IMG/VR virus record: IMGVR_UViG_2713896907_000001
Span: 1-22,891 of that record
Direction: 5' to 3' (one strand)
DNA from: a virus
Taxonomy: Duplodnaviria; Heunggongvirae; Uroviricota; Caudoviricetes
Length of the DNA: 22,891 bases
Every line of letters begins with the position of its first letter. Within the stretch, counting starts at the first letter, position 1. The notes under the pieces were generated by a model, which was not told the DNA's origin, ran no database searches, and saw only the letters and a list, made by a program, of their open reading frames with translations. The position numbers were made by a program, and so were the translations under genes. Shown piece after piece: positions 1 through 6,222 of the stretch.

Positions 1-502
1 TCATCACAGCCCAGTCAGTTTCTCCTGGATGATTTGCATAGAATTGCTCAGGTGTAACAAATTGAGATTTGTCTGTTAAATCATGCAATACCTCATGAAG
101 ATTCATACCAAGATCTGTTCCAACAAGTTCAGAACCAGAGTTAGAGGATAGTTCTTGTTTGAATCTGTCAGGCTCATACTTCAACACATTAGGAAAATAA
201 AACTGCCGCGCTCCATATGCATCATAAACGGCCATAGAATGGCCTTGCACAGTTACGAATTTGGCAATCTGTCCGTTATATACCGGGTAACCAGCAGCGT
301 TAATGATGATTGGTTGCGAAACAGGAACGTGAGAGCCGTCTTCGTTCTCCACATAAACCTGAATCTGGTTTTCAGGATTTACCGGGTCAGTGTCAATTTT
401 ACCGATATAAATTTTGCCATTAGCTACGGCTTTAAAAGAACGAGCCATAGTGAAGAGTTGCGAAGGCATCGATACGATCACATTGGCTGTAATGTCTGTC
501 AT
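1..502 (-). CDS. Tailspike protein, N-terminal head-binding domain (partial; gene continues past the left edge of the window)
   Basis: Not in the ORF track because no stop lies in the window. Manual minus-strand translation from ATG at 502..500 gives [97 protein letters not shown]..., closely matching the remembered P22 tailspike N-terminus ([11 protein letters not shown]...[22 protein letters not shown]...[10 protein letters not shown]...[15 protein letters not shown]). GGAG Shine-Dalgarno upstream. Confidence 0.85.
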   Translation of the reverse strand, partial: MTDITANVIVSMPSQLFTMARSFKAVANGKIYIGKIDTDPVNPENQIQVYVENEDGSHVPVSQPIIINAAGYPVYNGQIAKFVTVQGHSMAVYDAYGARQFYFPNVLKYEPDRFKQELSSNSGSELVGTDLGMNLHEVLHDLTDKSQFVTPEQFYANHPGETDWAVM

Positions 503-634
503 TTAATTTGCTCCAGATACAAGGAATCGCCGCAGCATGGCTACGGTTGATGTTTGTTGCATACCGAAATGGTACGATTGTTGATTTGTACAGTAGGTTT
601 TACGATGCCATTCCACCCATTTGGTGAGGCATTG

Positions 635-892
635 ATGATGTACAGCAAATACGATGAGGCGCAGTTCCACTTGAGGCTTACGCACGAGTTGCACGCTAAG
701 ATTAAGCAGCGTGCAAAAATGAATAACAGGTCTATCAATTCCGAAATTGTGGCTACGATGGAAGAATCACTCTCCAAACCATCACCTGTAAGCGGGTATC
801 GTGATGAAGAAGAGAGGTTGGCCTCATTAATCTCGGAGCGAGTAAAAGAAGTTGCGGCTGATATCCTTAGAAAAGAAAAAACCCGCGATTAA
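635..892 (+). CDS. Mnt-like ribbon-helix-helix repressor (paralog A)
   Basis: From ATGATG at 635 (GGTGAGG Shine-Dalgarno upstream): MMYSKYDEAQFHLRLTHELHAKIKQRAKMNNRSINSEIVATMEESLSKPSPVSGYRDEEERLASL.... The NGRS-type RHH core and the C-terminal SKPSPV(S/T)GYR..ERLA segment match remembered P22 Mnt; the N-terminal beta-strand residues differ. Upstream part of the track ORF 554..892 is probably not translated. Confidence 0.7.
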   Translation: MMYSKYDEAQFHLRLTHELHAKIKQRAKMNNRSINSEIVATMEESLSKPSPVSGYRDEEERLASLISERVKEVAADILRKEKTRD

Positions 893-900
893 GCGGGTTT
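875..900 (-). terminator. Intrinsic terminator for the minus-strand arc-ant operon (hairpin also overlaps the 3' end of the plus-strand mnt-like gene)
   Basis: Stem ACCCGC (881-886), 6-nt loop, GCGGGT (893-898); on the minus strand it is followed by a TTTTTTCTTTT run. Lies directly after the stop of ORF 907..1128. Confidence 0.6.
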
Positions 901-906
901 AGCTGG

Positions 907-1128
907 TTAGTTATCAAAAAGTCCGTACGTTTCTTCTTCTTCAGGTGTAAGGGGAAGAATCTCTACTCTATCTATAGATACCTTTTCAATGTACCCATGA
1001 GGTCTACTTAAAATTAAAGCTCTCTCATGCCACAGAACTCCAAGAATGTGATACCTTCCAGCATCGCCTTTTACCCTGGCTCTTCCTTTGATTCTTGGCG
1101 GCATAATGCCATATTTTTTCTTTGCCAT
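907..1128 (-). CDS. Hypothetical 73-aa protein, translationally coupled to the upstream antirepressor-like gene
   Basis: ORF MAKKKYGIMPPRIKGRARVKGDAGRYHILGVLWHERALILSRPHGYIEKVSIDRVEILPLTPEEEETYGLFDN; its ATG overlaps the stop of the preceding gene (TAATG at 1126-1130). No family recognised. Confidence 0.45.
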   Translation of the reverse strand: MAKKKYGIMPPRIKGRARVKGDAGRYHILGVLWHERALILSRPHGYIEKVSIDRVEILPLTPEEEETYGLFDN

Positions 1129-1853
1129 TATGCAACATTACTCCCATGAATCAGGTGTTGTAGTGCTTTAACACCTTCCTCATTGTAGCGGAACGCTTCC
1201 ACCTGTTTGCTGGAATGCGCAGATTTATCCAGGAAGAACTTCCCGTACTGCTCAGTTTTGAGGTTGTTTGCGTTAGCAATGCGACCAATCTTGTTGGCCG
1301 TTACTCCAAGCTGCTCTGCAACCTCCCCTGCTGAGTAGTAATGCTCTTCTATTGCCGGAAGAGGTATTGCATTAAAACCAACGAGCGGGTTGATTATACT
1401 TGCTGCCGCTGTCTGCTTTGCCTCCGGCGCAAGATTTGGCATCAGATCGAACAGATTGGTAACAGCTTCAACCGTCATTTTCAATGTTCGCGCTTGACGA
1501 TACTCAACAAGTCCACTCGCTGATTTACCGCTTTTAATGTGCGCTTCCTGCATACTTTCAAGTTTGTCTACAAGTGTTCGGCGAACTGCTTTAGATTCGC
1601 GAGCAGCAACACGAAGCGCCTGCTTGATAGTCATGGAGATAACATCAATGTCAGCCCCGTTTTTCCGACCTACACTTTTTGTGTAGGTCTCGCCTTCCAA
1701 TTCATCCTCAATTTTCTCGATGAATTTGTTGTTACGTACTGATGGCTCTCCACATAACTTGCGAGCTTCATTAACCATCATCAGAAGACTTTGGCTGTCA
1801 ATGGTTTTATCCGTGACAACGGATCCGATGTTTGCTACATTCTTAAAAGTCAT
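1128..1853 (-). CDS. Antirepressor-like protein with C-terminal ANT/KilAC-type DNA-binding region (ant2)
   Basis: Track ORF 1128..1940 begins at a non-ATG codon; the likely start is ATG at 1853 (MTFKNVANIGSV...) preceded by an AAGGAA Shine-Dalgarno. C-terminal segment YYSAGEVAEQLGVTANKIGRIANANNLKTEQYGKFFLDKSAHSSKQVEAFRYNEEGVKAL looks like the helix-turn-helix part of phage antirepressor C-terminal domains. Confidence 0.55.
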   Translation of the reverse strand: MTFKNVANIGSVVTDKTIDSQSLLMMVNEARKLCGEPSVRNNKFIEKIEDELEGETYTKSVGRKNGADIDVISMTIKQALRVAARESKAVRRTLVDKLESMQEAHIKSGKSASGLVEYRQARTLKMTVEAVTNLFDLMPNLAPEAKQTAAASIINPLVGFNAIPLPAIEEHYYSAGEVAEQLGVTANKIGRIANANNLKTEQYGKFFLDKSAHSSKQVEAFRYNEEGVKALQHLIHGSNVA

Positions 1854-1891
1854 TAGGCATTCCTTATGTGGTAGTAAGTGTGTGACATAGG

Positions 1892-1922
1892 CCGCCAGCA
1901 GCACACTGGCGGTTTTCTTTTG
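1892..1922 (+). terminator. Plus-strand intrinsic terminator antisense to the ant1-ant2 junction (candidate end of a sar-like antisense RNA)
   Basis: Perfect 7-bp stem CCGCCAG (1892-1898), 7-nt loop, CTGGCGG (1906-1912), followed on the plus strand by TTTTCTTTTG. No credible plus-strand protein gene ends here. Confidence 0.55.
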
Positions 1923-1940
1923 CGCCGTCCTGTGCACCAA

Positions 1941-2567
1941 TCAATGAATCCATTCCTCGCCGCGAAGTTTTGCCAGCATTGGCTGAGCGTTCTTTACGAC
2001 AAAATTGTTGGTATCAAGATTCTTCATTTCACGAAGAAGTGATTTCTTGGTTTCTTCTGACATGTAGCGAGTCTCATATGCAATATCGTAAATCCTTCCT
2101 GAAAGCTCAGAACCAATTTGCTTCATTCCTGGGTAGATGTGTTTGCACATTTGTTGACTCTTCTCCATCCACAATTGTAAGTAGCAGAGATTAACCAGCT
2201 CTTCGTCAGTGAACTGTTTTGCAATCGGTGAGCATTCTGTCTGCCGATCCAAAATATCCAGCACCCAGCGGCGGAACTCTTTGGCTACCGGAGTGCGAGC
2301 AAACATCGCGATTAGGTGGGCACCGCGTAGTGAGAAAACTCGCACTTTTTTGCGATAATTTCCTGAGGTACTCACTTCGAGTACCTGAGTCATTCCGGCG
2401 CTAAACTCATCGCTATACTTGTTATAAATCATTGTTACTGCACGACTATTTGCGTATTTAAGTGCAGATGCAATATTAGATGATGTAAACCAAACACCAT
2501 GCATATCACGGGTGGGCACCAACTCAACTCCGTGGAAGTTGTAATCTGATTTTGCTACAATATTCAT
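1941..2567 (-). CDS. Antirepressor-like protein, N-terminal (BRO-N/Ant-N type) domain (ant1)
   Basis: Track ORF 1941..2651 would overlap arc; the likely start is ATG at 2567 (MNIVAKSDYNFHGVELVPTRDMHGVWFTSSNIASALKYANSRAVTMIYNKYSDEF...) with an AAGGAAA Shine-Dalgarno. It sits directly downstream of the Arc-like gene, as ant does in the P22 immI region. Confidence 0.55.
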   Translation of the reverse strand: MNIVAKSDYNFHGVELVPTRDMHGVWFTSSNIASALKYANSRAVTMIYNKYSDEFSAGMTQVLEVSTSGNYRKKVRVFSLRGAHLIAMFARTPVAKEFRRWVLDILDRQTECSPIAKQFTDEELVNLCYLQLWMEKSQQMCKHIYPGMKQIGSELSGRIYDIAYETRYMSEETKKSLLREMKNLDTNNFVVKNAQPMLAKLRGEEWIH

Positions 2568-2601
2568 GTTAGTTTCCTTGCATACGGTTACTGACATAGA
2601 G

Positions 2602-2645
2602 GCCCGGTTTGTGTTCGCGCACTGCCGGGCTTCACTATTTTTATT
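2602..2645 (+). terminator. Plus-strand hairpin plus U-rich tract in the arc-ant1 intergenic region (candidate sar-like terminator)
   Basis: GCCCGG (2602-2607) pairs with CCGGGC (2625-2630), with an inner GTG/CAC stem; followed by TTCACTATTTTTATT. Position matches where P22 sar RNA terminates, at the 3' end of arc. Confidence 0.4.
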
Positions 2646-2814
2646 GGGCATTATCTCTTTCCTCTCTCAGGCTTTTAGCCAGTCGCTGCACAATCGCAGA
2701 GTTGATAGAAATTCCATCCATTTCAGCAACACGTCTAATCTCCTCCTTCATTCGCGCTGGCAAACGAAGCTGGAAACTTTGACTTTTACGACCTGTGTAA
2801 AGCACATCTTTCAT
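2641..2814 (-). CDS. arc: Arc-like ribbon-helix-helix repressor
   Basis: From ATG at 2814 (GGGAGG Shine-Dalgarno 7 nt upstream): MKDVLYTGRKSQSFQLRLPARMKEEIRRVAEMDGISINSAIVQRLAKSLREERDNAQ. RHH pattern resembles remembered P22 Arc (PQFNLRWPREVLDLVRKVAEENGRSVNSEIYQRV); divergent from an Mnt-like gene and upstream of ant-like genes. Confidence 0.7.
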   Translation of the reverse strand: MKDVLYTGRKSQSFQLRLPARMKEEIRRVAEMDGISINSAIVQRLAKSLREERDNAQ

Positions 2815-2841
2815 AAGTAATCCTCCCACAATGATACCAAC

Positions 2842-2857
2842 TTGGTTCTAGAACCAA
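2842..2857. promoter_or_regulatory. Perfect 16-bp palindrome TTGGTTCTAGAACCAA in the divergent arc/mnt control region (candidate operator)
   Basis: The sequence at 2842-2857 equals its own reverse complement. It lies in the 96-bp intergenic region between the divergently transcribed Arc-like and Mnt-like genes. A related half-site AAGTTGGT occurs at 2883-2890. Confidence 0.6.
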
Positions 2858-2925
2858 TTTAACACCATTTATTTTGATGTCAAGTTGGTGCTATTGTTTA
2901 GCGAACATCTTTACGTTGAGGTCAT

Positions 2926-3246
2926 ATGAGCAAGTTCCCTAGTCATGAAATGGATAGGTTCAATATCAGGCTTCCTGCAGGAATGCGGGATGCTATAGCT
3001 GAACGAGCAAAACGTAACGGCAGATCAATGAACTCAGAGATTGTTCAGATACTGGAAGATGCCTTGAATGCAGAAAATACACTCGGGGAAATAGCAGATA
3101 AAATCAACAGCGTCTCGGTTCCGCTAAATGTTGATGCGCTAGTTCAACTTCAAGCCCAGGTTATCGCCATGCAAAAAGAAATACAGGAAAAGTTCAGAGA
3201 GCAGAACGAAAAGTTGAGAGAACTGCTAAACAAAAAACCCACCTGA
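2926..3246 (+). CDS. Mnt/Arc-family ribbon-helix-helix repressor (paralog B, in the canonical mnt position)
   Basis: MSKFPSHEMDRFNIRLPAGMRDAIAERAKRNGRSMNSEIVQILEDALNAENTLGEIADKINSV... has the RHH core (FNIRLP ... NGRSMNSEIVQ) followed by a coiled-coil-like C-terminus. Divergent from arc, as mnt is in P22 immI. Confidence 0.7.
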   Translation: MSKFPSHEMDRFNIRLPAGMRDAIAERAKRNGRSMNSEIVQILEDALNAENTLGEIADKINSVSVPLNVDALVQLQAQVIAMQKEIQEKFREQNEKLRELLNKKPT

Positions 3247-3271
3247 AGGTGGGTTAATTTTTGCCTTTTTT
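3231..3271. terminator. Bidirectional intrinsic terminator
   Basis: Stem AACCCACC (3236-3243), loop TGAA, GGTGGGTT (3248-3255). Flanked by an A-run upstream and TTTTTGCCTTTTTT downstream, so a U-tract follows the hairpin on either strand. Separates the immI genes from the upstream moron cluster and late operon. Confidence 0.65.
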
Positions 3272-3345
3272 GGACCATATTGACTACTTATAAAATGAGA
3301 TCAATATTTAATCGCCCAATAACGGGTATATGTTGAGGTATATCA

Positions 3346-3524
3346 TGGCGAAAAAACCAGGTGAAAACACAGGAAAAAACGGCGGAATATACCAAGAAGT
3401 TGGCCCACGCGGCGGTAAGAAAGACAATTTTGCAACCGTCAAGGACAACGAAAGGCTTCCACCAACAACAAAGCCAGGTCATGGCTGGGTATTGGATAAG
3501 CGAACTCCAGACAGCAAAAAGTAA
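3346..3524 (+). CDS. YjzC-like small protein
   Basis: From ATG at 3346 (GAGGT Shine-Dalgarno): MAKKPGENTGKNGGIYQEVGPRGGKKDNFATVKDNERLPPTTKPGHGWVLDKRTPDSKK. The KPGE..G.Y.EVG..G and P.T...H.W pattern resembles the YjzC-like family as I remember it. Has its own upstream region after the bidirectional terminator. Confidence 0.55.
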
Positions 3525-3537
3525 TAATCAAGCCGGG

Positions 3538-3903
3538 TCACTCCGGCTTTTTGATATGTCGCTCGCAGAACTCAACAAGCCTGCTCATTAAGTAGCAGTA
3601 AGTCTCGTTGGCTCTTCCTGGTTCAACATCAACACCTACCCTTGAGCAGATATCGAATGCCATGTGAGCGCACTCATGGGCAATAGTAGATAGTTTGCCA
3701 TTGAACACGCCTATCACATGCAAAACACCATTCTCGCTACTCATTGTATGAGACGCTCCGTTGGCGTCCGAGTCATGCACGTCAACGCCAAGTTTTTGAT
3801 GCAGGCGTTGCCATTCTGGAAAGTCTCTACAAAACACAATTGTACCGCTCTCAAAGAGCGGAACGAGCATCTTTGGTACGTTTCCAATGTTAACTTTTTT
3901 CAT
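3538..3903 (-). CDS. Small HExxH zincin-like protein (possible minimal ImmA/IrrE- or SprT-like metallopeptidase fold)
   Basis: From ATG at 3903: MKKVNIGNVPKMLVPLFESGTIVFCRDFPEWQRLHQKLGVDVHDSDANGASHTMSSENGVLHVIGVFNGKLSTIAHECAHMAFDICSRVGVDVEPGRANETYCYLMSRLVEFCERHIKKPE. HECAH motif, with a Glu 17 residues downstream and an ANETYCYLM segment reminiscent of the ImmA/IrrE E..AN.FA..LL motif. Confidence 0.5.
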   Translation of the reverse strand: MKKVNIGNVPKMLVPLFESGTIVFCRDFPEWQRLHQKLGVDVHDSDANGASHTMSSENGVLHVIGVFNGKLSTIAHECAHMAFDICSRVGVDVEPGRANETYCYLMSRLVEFCERHIKKPE

Positions 3904-3933
3904 GGTATCCTGCACAAAACTAAGGAGGTTGGT

Positions 3934-4323
3934 GTGAAGCGATTTCTTGCTGCTATGTTCTTATTCATATCTTTTGAGGCTACAGCAGAGTGCTGGGTCG
4001 TTGGAGATATGCGCGGAATAAGCTATTCAGAACGAAATAATTTCCATCCGGAAGAAGATGGTTTTAGTGGAACATTCATCATTAAGACAAGCGGTGAAGA
4101 TGCCAGCATCACATATTCTGGGACAGATGCGGGCGGCATGGCTTACAAAGCATTGTCTAAAAACTCCATCATAGGAATCGGCGCGAATGGCGAAACTCAA
4201 CGCGTTATCGACTCATGGGTAATACATCCTACTGGAACAGTTTTAATGTCAAAAACCATTTCCGGTTATGGAAATATGGATTCAACCAAAGCTTTTGTTG
4301 GAAAAGTAAAAAGAAAATGTTAG
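3934..4323 (+). CDS. Hypothetical exported protein with N-terminal signal peptide
   Basis: The track ORF 3718..4323 is antisense to the HExxH gene over its 5' half. The likely start is GTG at 3934, 5 nt after an AAGGAGG Shine-Dalgarno (3922-3928). Product MKRFLAAMFLFISFEATAECWVVGDMRG... has a basic n-region, hydrophobic core and ATA-E cleavage-like site; no lipobox. Confidence 0.5.
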   Translation: MKRFLAAMFLFISFEATAECWVVGDMRGISYSERNNFHPEEDGFSGTFIIKTSGEDASITYSGTDAGGMAYKALSKNSIIGIGANGETQRVIDSWVIHPTGTVLMSKTISGYGNMDSTKAFVGKVKRKC

Positions 4324-4347
4324 CGATTGAATCCAATTTCCCATACG

Positions 4348-6222
4348 TTACTGCTGTGTTGCCTCAGTAGCAAACAGCGGTCTGATGGCATTCGCAGCGT
4401 TATTTAGCGCTCTTTCATAGGCTGGTGTTCCTGCTTTGGTGTTTGCCAAACGAAGAAGCATATTCCTTGCGGCTTTGGACTCATACAAACGCATCATTGC
4501 ACCAAAGCCAGCCTCAAGCCCCATTGATACTCCAAGAGTCGCAGTTGCGCCAATCGTCCTTATCCTGTTGGCTTGTGATTGCCCCGTCTGAGTTACTACA
4601 TTTGCGGTGTCTGACCTTGCTGTTTGCTGTAGAACTTCATGAAGAGCATCAAGCTCTTTCATGTGCTTTCCAGAAAAAATAGTGTTGTAAATTTCACCGC
4701 CTGACTGAGATTTAAGCTTATTAACTTCAGTGATGAACTTGGCTGGAGAGTCACCGGCCTTTTCCGCTATTTTGCTGACGTAAGCTGCACGCATAGCATC
4801 TTTCCCTTTATCATCCAATGCGCTCCAGATTCGTTTCACGTCAGATGGCTTTCTGCTTAATACAACGGTATTTATAAGTTCAGGACTGGCTTCACTGCTT
4901 GCCTTGTTGAGCTTGTTAGCAATGTTTTTATTAAGCACCTTATTATAAACGTTTGCATAATCGGAGTTTGCTTTAAGGTATTTTGCTGCGTCTGATGCAC
5001 CGAGGTTTTTTGCAACTGCGCTACGAAGATCTTTTGACATTGCATTCTCTACCATATTGGTAGCTGCTTTTGCCTGGTTGGGGAAGACCATAGCATCTCC
5101 CTGAACATTGGATCTAAATGCTGTTCTGTGCTGACGCAAGAGATCAAACGTAACATCCAAATCAGTTGCAGGGTTTGCTAATTCTTCACGTAGGTTACGC
5201 AAGGATGTAAGCAGGCTTTGATTGGCAGACGTCCCAAGCCGTTCCTGTCTTGCGATCGCTGTATTCAGAGCATTCATGGTATTTGTGGTATCAACTGCGG
5301 CATTACCCATTTTATTGGTGACGTCATTGATAACAGCGCCAGCGGCATCCTTCCGTCCCCTTAACGTGGTGGTCAGAGATTTCACCACATCATCAGGGTT
5401 GTACTCACCAAAACGGTCAAAATAATTGCTTACCAGCTTACTACGCGTTGCATATTGCTCCGCTCGCTTTGAGCCTGTCCCGAGCAAAGCCCCCTCAGCA
5501 TCCTGAGTAAGTCCGCGAGTGAAAGCATTTTTCGGCGGGATAACATCAGATGTCATTGGTGTCACGCCCATCGATTCTGATGTGGCAATTTTCTTCGCCA
5601 CTTCTGGCGCAATATCACCTTTTATAGCCGTTATTCCACGCCCTATTCCCTTTGCTGCTGCGGAAAGAACACCCTGAGCGGCAAGGTTAACTCCGGCATT
5701 TTTAGCTGCATTTTGTGCGAAATCACCTTTCTGATTTGCGGCCTCTGCCAGTGATCCAATAGCCATGCTTCCTGCCGTTCCAACTCCTGGAACTAAATAC
5801 CCGCCAATTGTTTCTCCAGCTTGAGCGTAGGGGTCTGTCGGTCTGTCTACTGGACGATAGACATCATCCAATACTTTTGGCCCACCAAGCCCCTGACTGA
5901 TTGCATTAATCAGACTTGCGCCACCCTGCAATACGTCAAATGGTATGTTTACCAGACCACGACCAGCCTGTTCTGCAATTTGCCCTGCACTTTGACCACC
6001 AGTGAGCCAATCGCCAGCTTGTTGCATCAATGATGGTTCTTCTTTCTGCTGCTGAGGCGGAGGGTATGCTGCATAAAACTGATCTCTTGCTTCAGCCCAT
6101 TTGTCACCAGCCTTAGGGGCAACAACCTCATCAAAATATTGCGCTTGAGCCTGTGCTTTCTGTTCTTCAGTTAACGCCTGATACTGTGGAGAAGCGATAA
6201 CATCTTTCCATGCTTTAGCCAT
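4348..6222 (-). CDS. Ejection (injection) protein, P22 gp16-like
   Basis: 624-aa ORF in the gp16 position, last of the 14-7-20-16 ejection block; size close to P22 gp16; Ala/Gly-rich low-complexity internal region typical of these proteins. Confidence 0.75.
   Translation of the reverse strand: MAKAWKDVIASPQYQALTEEQKAQAQAQYFDEVVAPKAGDKWAEARDQFYAAYPPPQQQKEEPSLMQQAGDWLTGGQSAGQIAEQAGRGLVNIPFDVLQGGASLINAISQGLGGPKVLDDVYRPVDRPTDPYAQAGETIGGYLVPGVGTAGSMAIGSLAEAANQKGDFAQNAAKNAGVNLAAQGVLSAAAKGIGRGITAIKGDIAPEVAKKIATSESMGVTPMTSDVIPPKNAFTRGLTQDAEGALLGTGSKRAEQYATRSKLVSNYFDRFGEYNPDDVVKSLTTTLRGRKDAAGAVINDVTNKMGNAAVDTTNTMNALNTAIARQERLGTSANQSLLTSLRNLREELANPATDLDVTFDLLRQHRTAFRSNVQGDAMVFPNQAKAATNMVENAMSKDLRSAVAKNLGASDAAKYLKANSDYANVYNKVLNKNIANKLNKASSEASPELINTVVLSRKPSDVKRIWSALDDKGKDAMRAAYVSKIAEKAGDSPAKFITEVNKLKSQSGGEIYNTIFSGKHMKELDALHEVLQQTARSDTANVVTQTGQSQANRIRTIGATATLGVSMGLEAGFGAMMRLYESKAARNMLLRLANTKAGTPAYERALNNAANAIRPLFATEATQQ

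Noticed and set aside
155-550. Plus-strand 131-aa ORF
   Set aside because: Lies antisense to the tailspike N-terminal coding region, which has a clear P22-like translation; no ribosome-binding site and an odd composition, so I treat it as a spurious antisense frame.
1341-1742. Two plus-strand ORFs (60 and 67 aa) inside ant2
   Set aside because: Antisense to the antirepressor-like gene, no ribosome-binding sites; the nearby plus-strand terminator is better explained by a short antisense RNA than by these ORFs.
3718-3933. N-terminal 72 codons of the track ORF 3718..4323
   Set aside because: This part is antisense to the HExxH gene and has no start signal; the strong AAGGAGG plus GTG at 3934 and the signal peptide beginning there indicate the real gene is 3934..4323.
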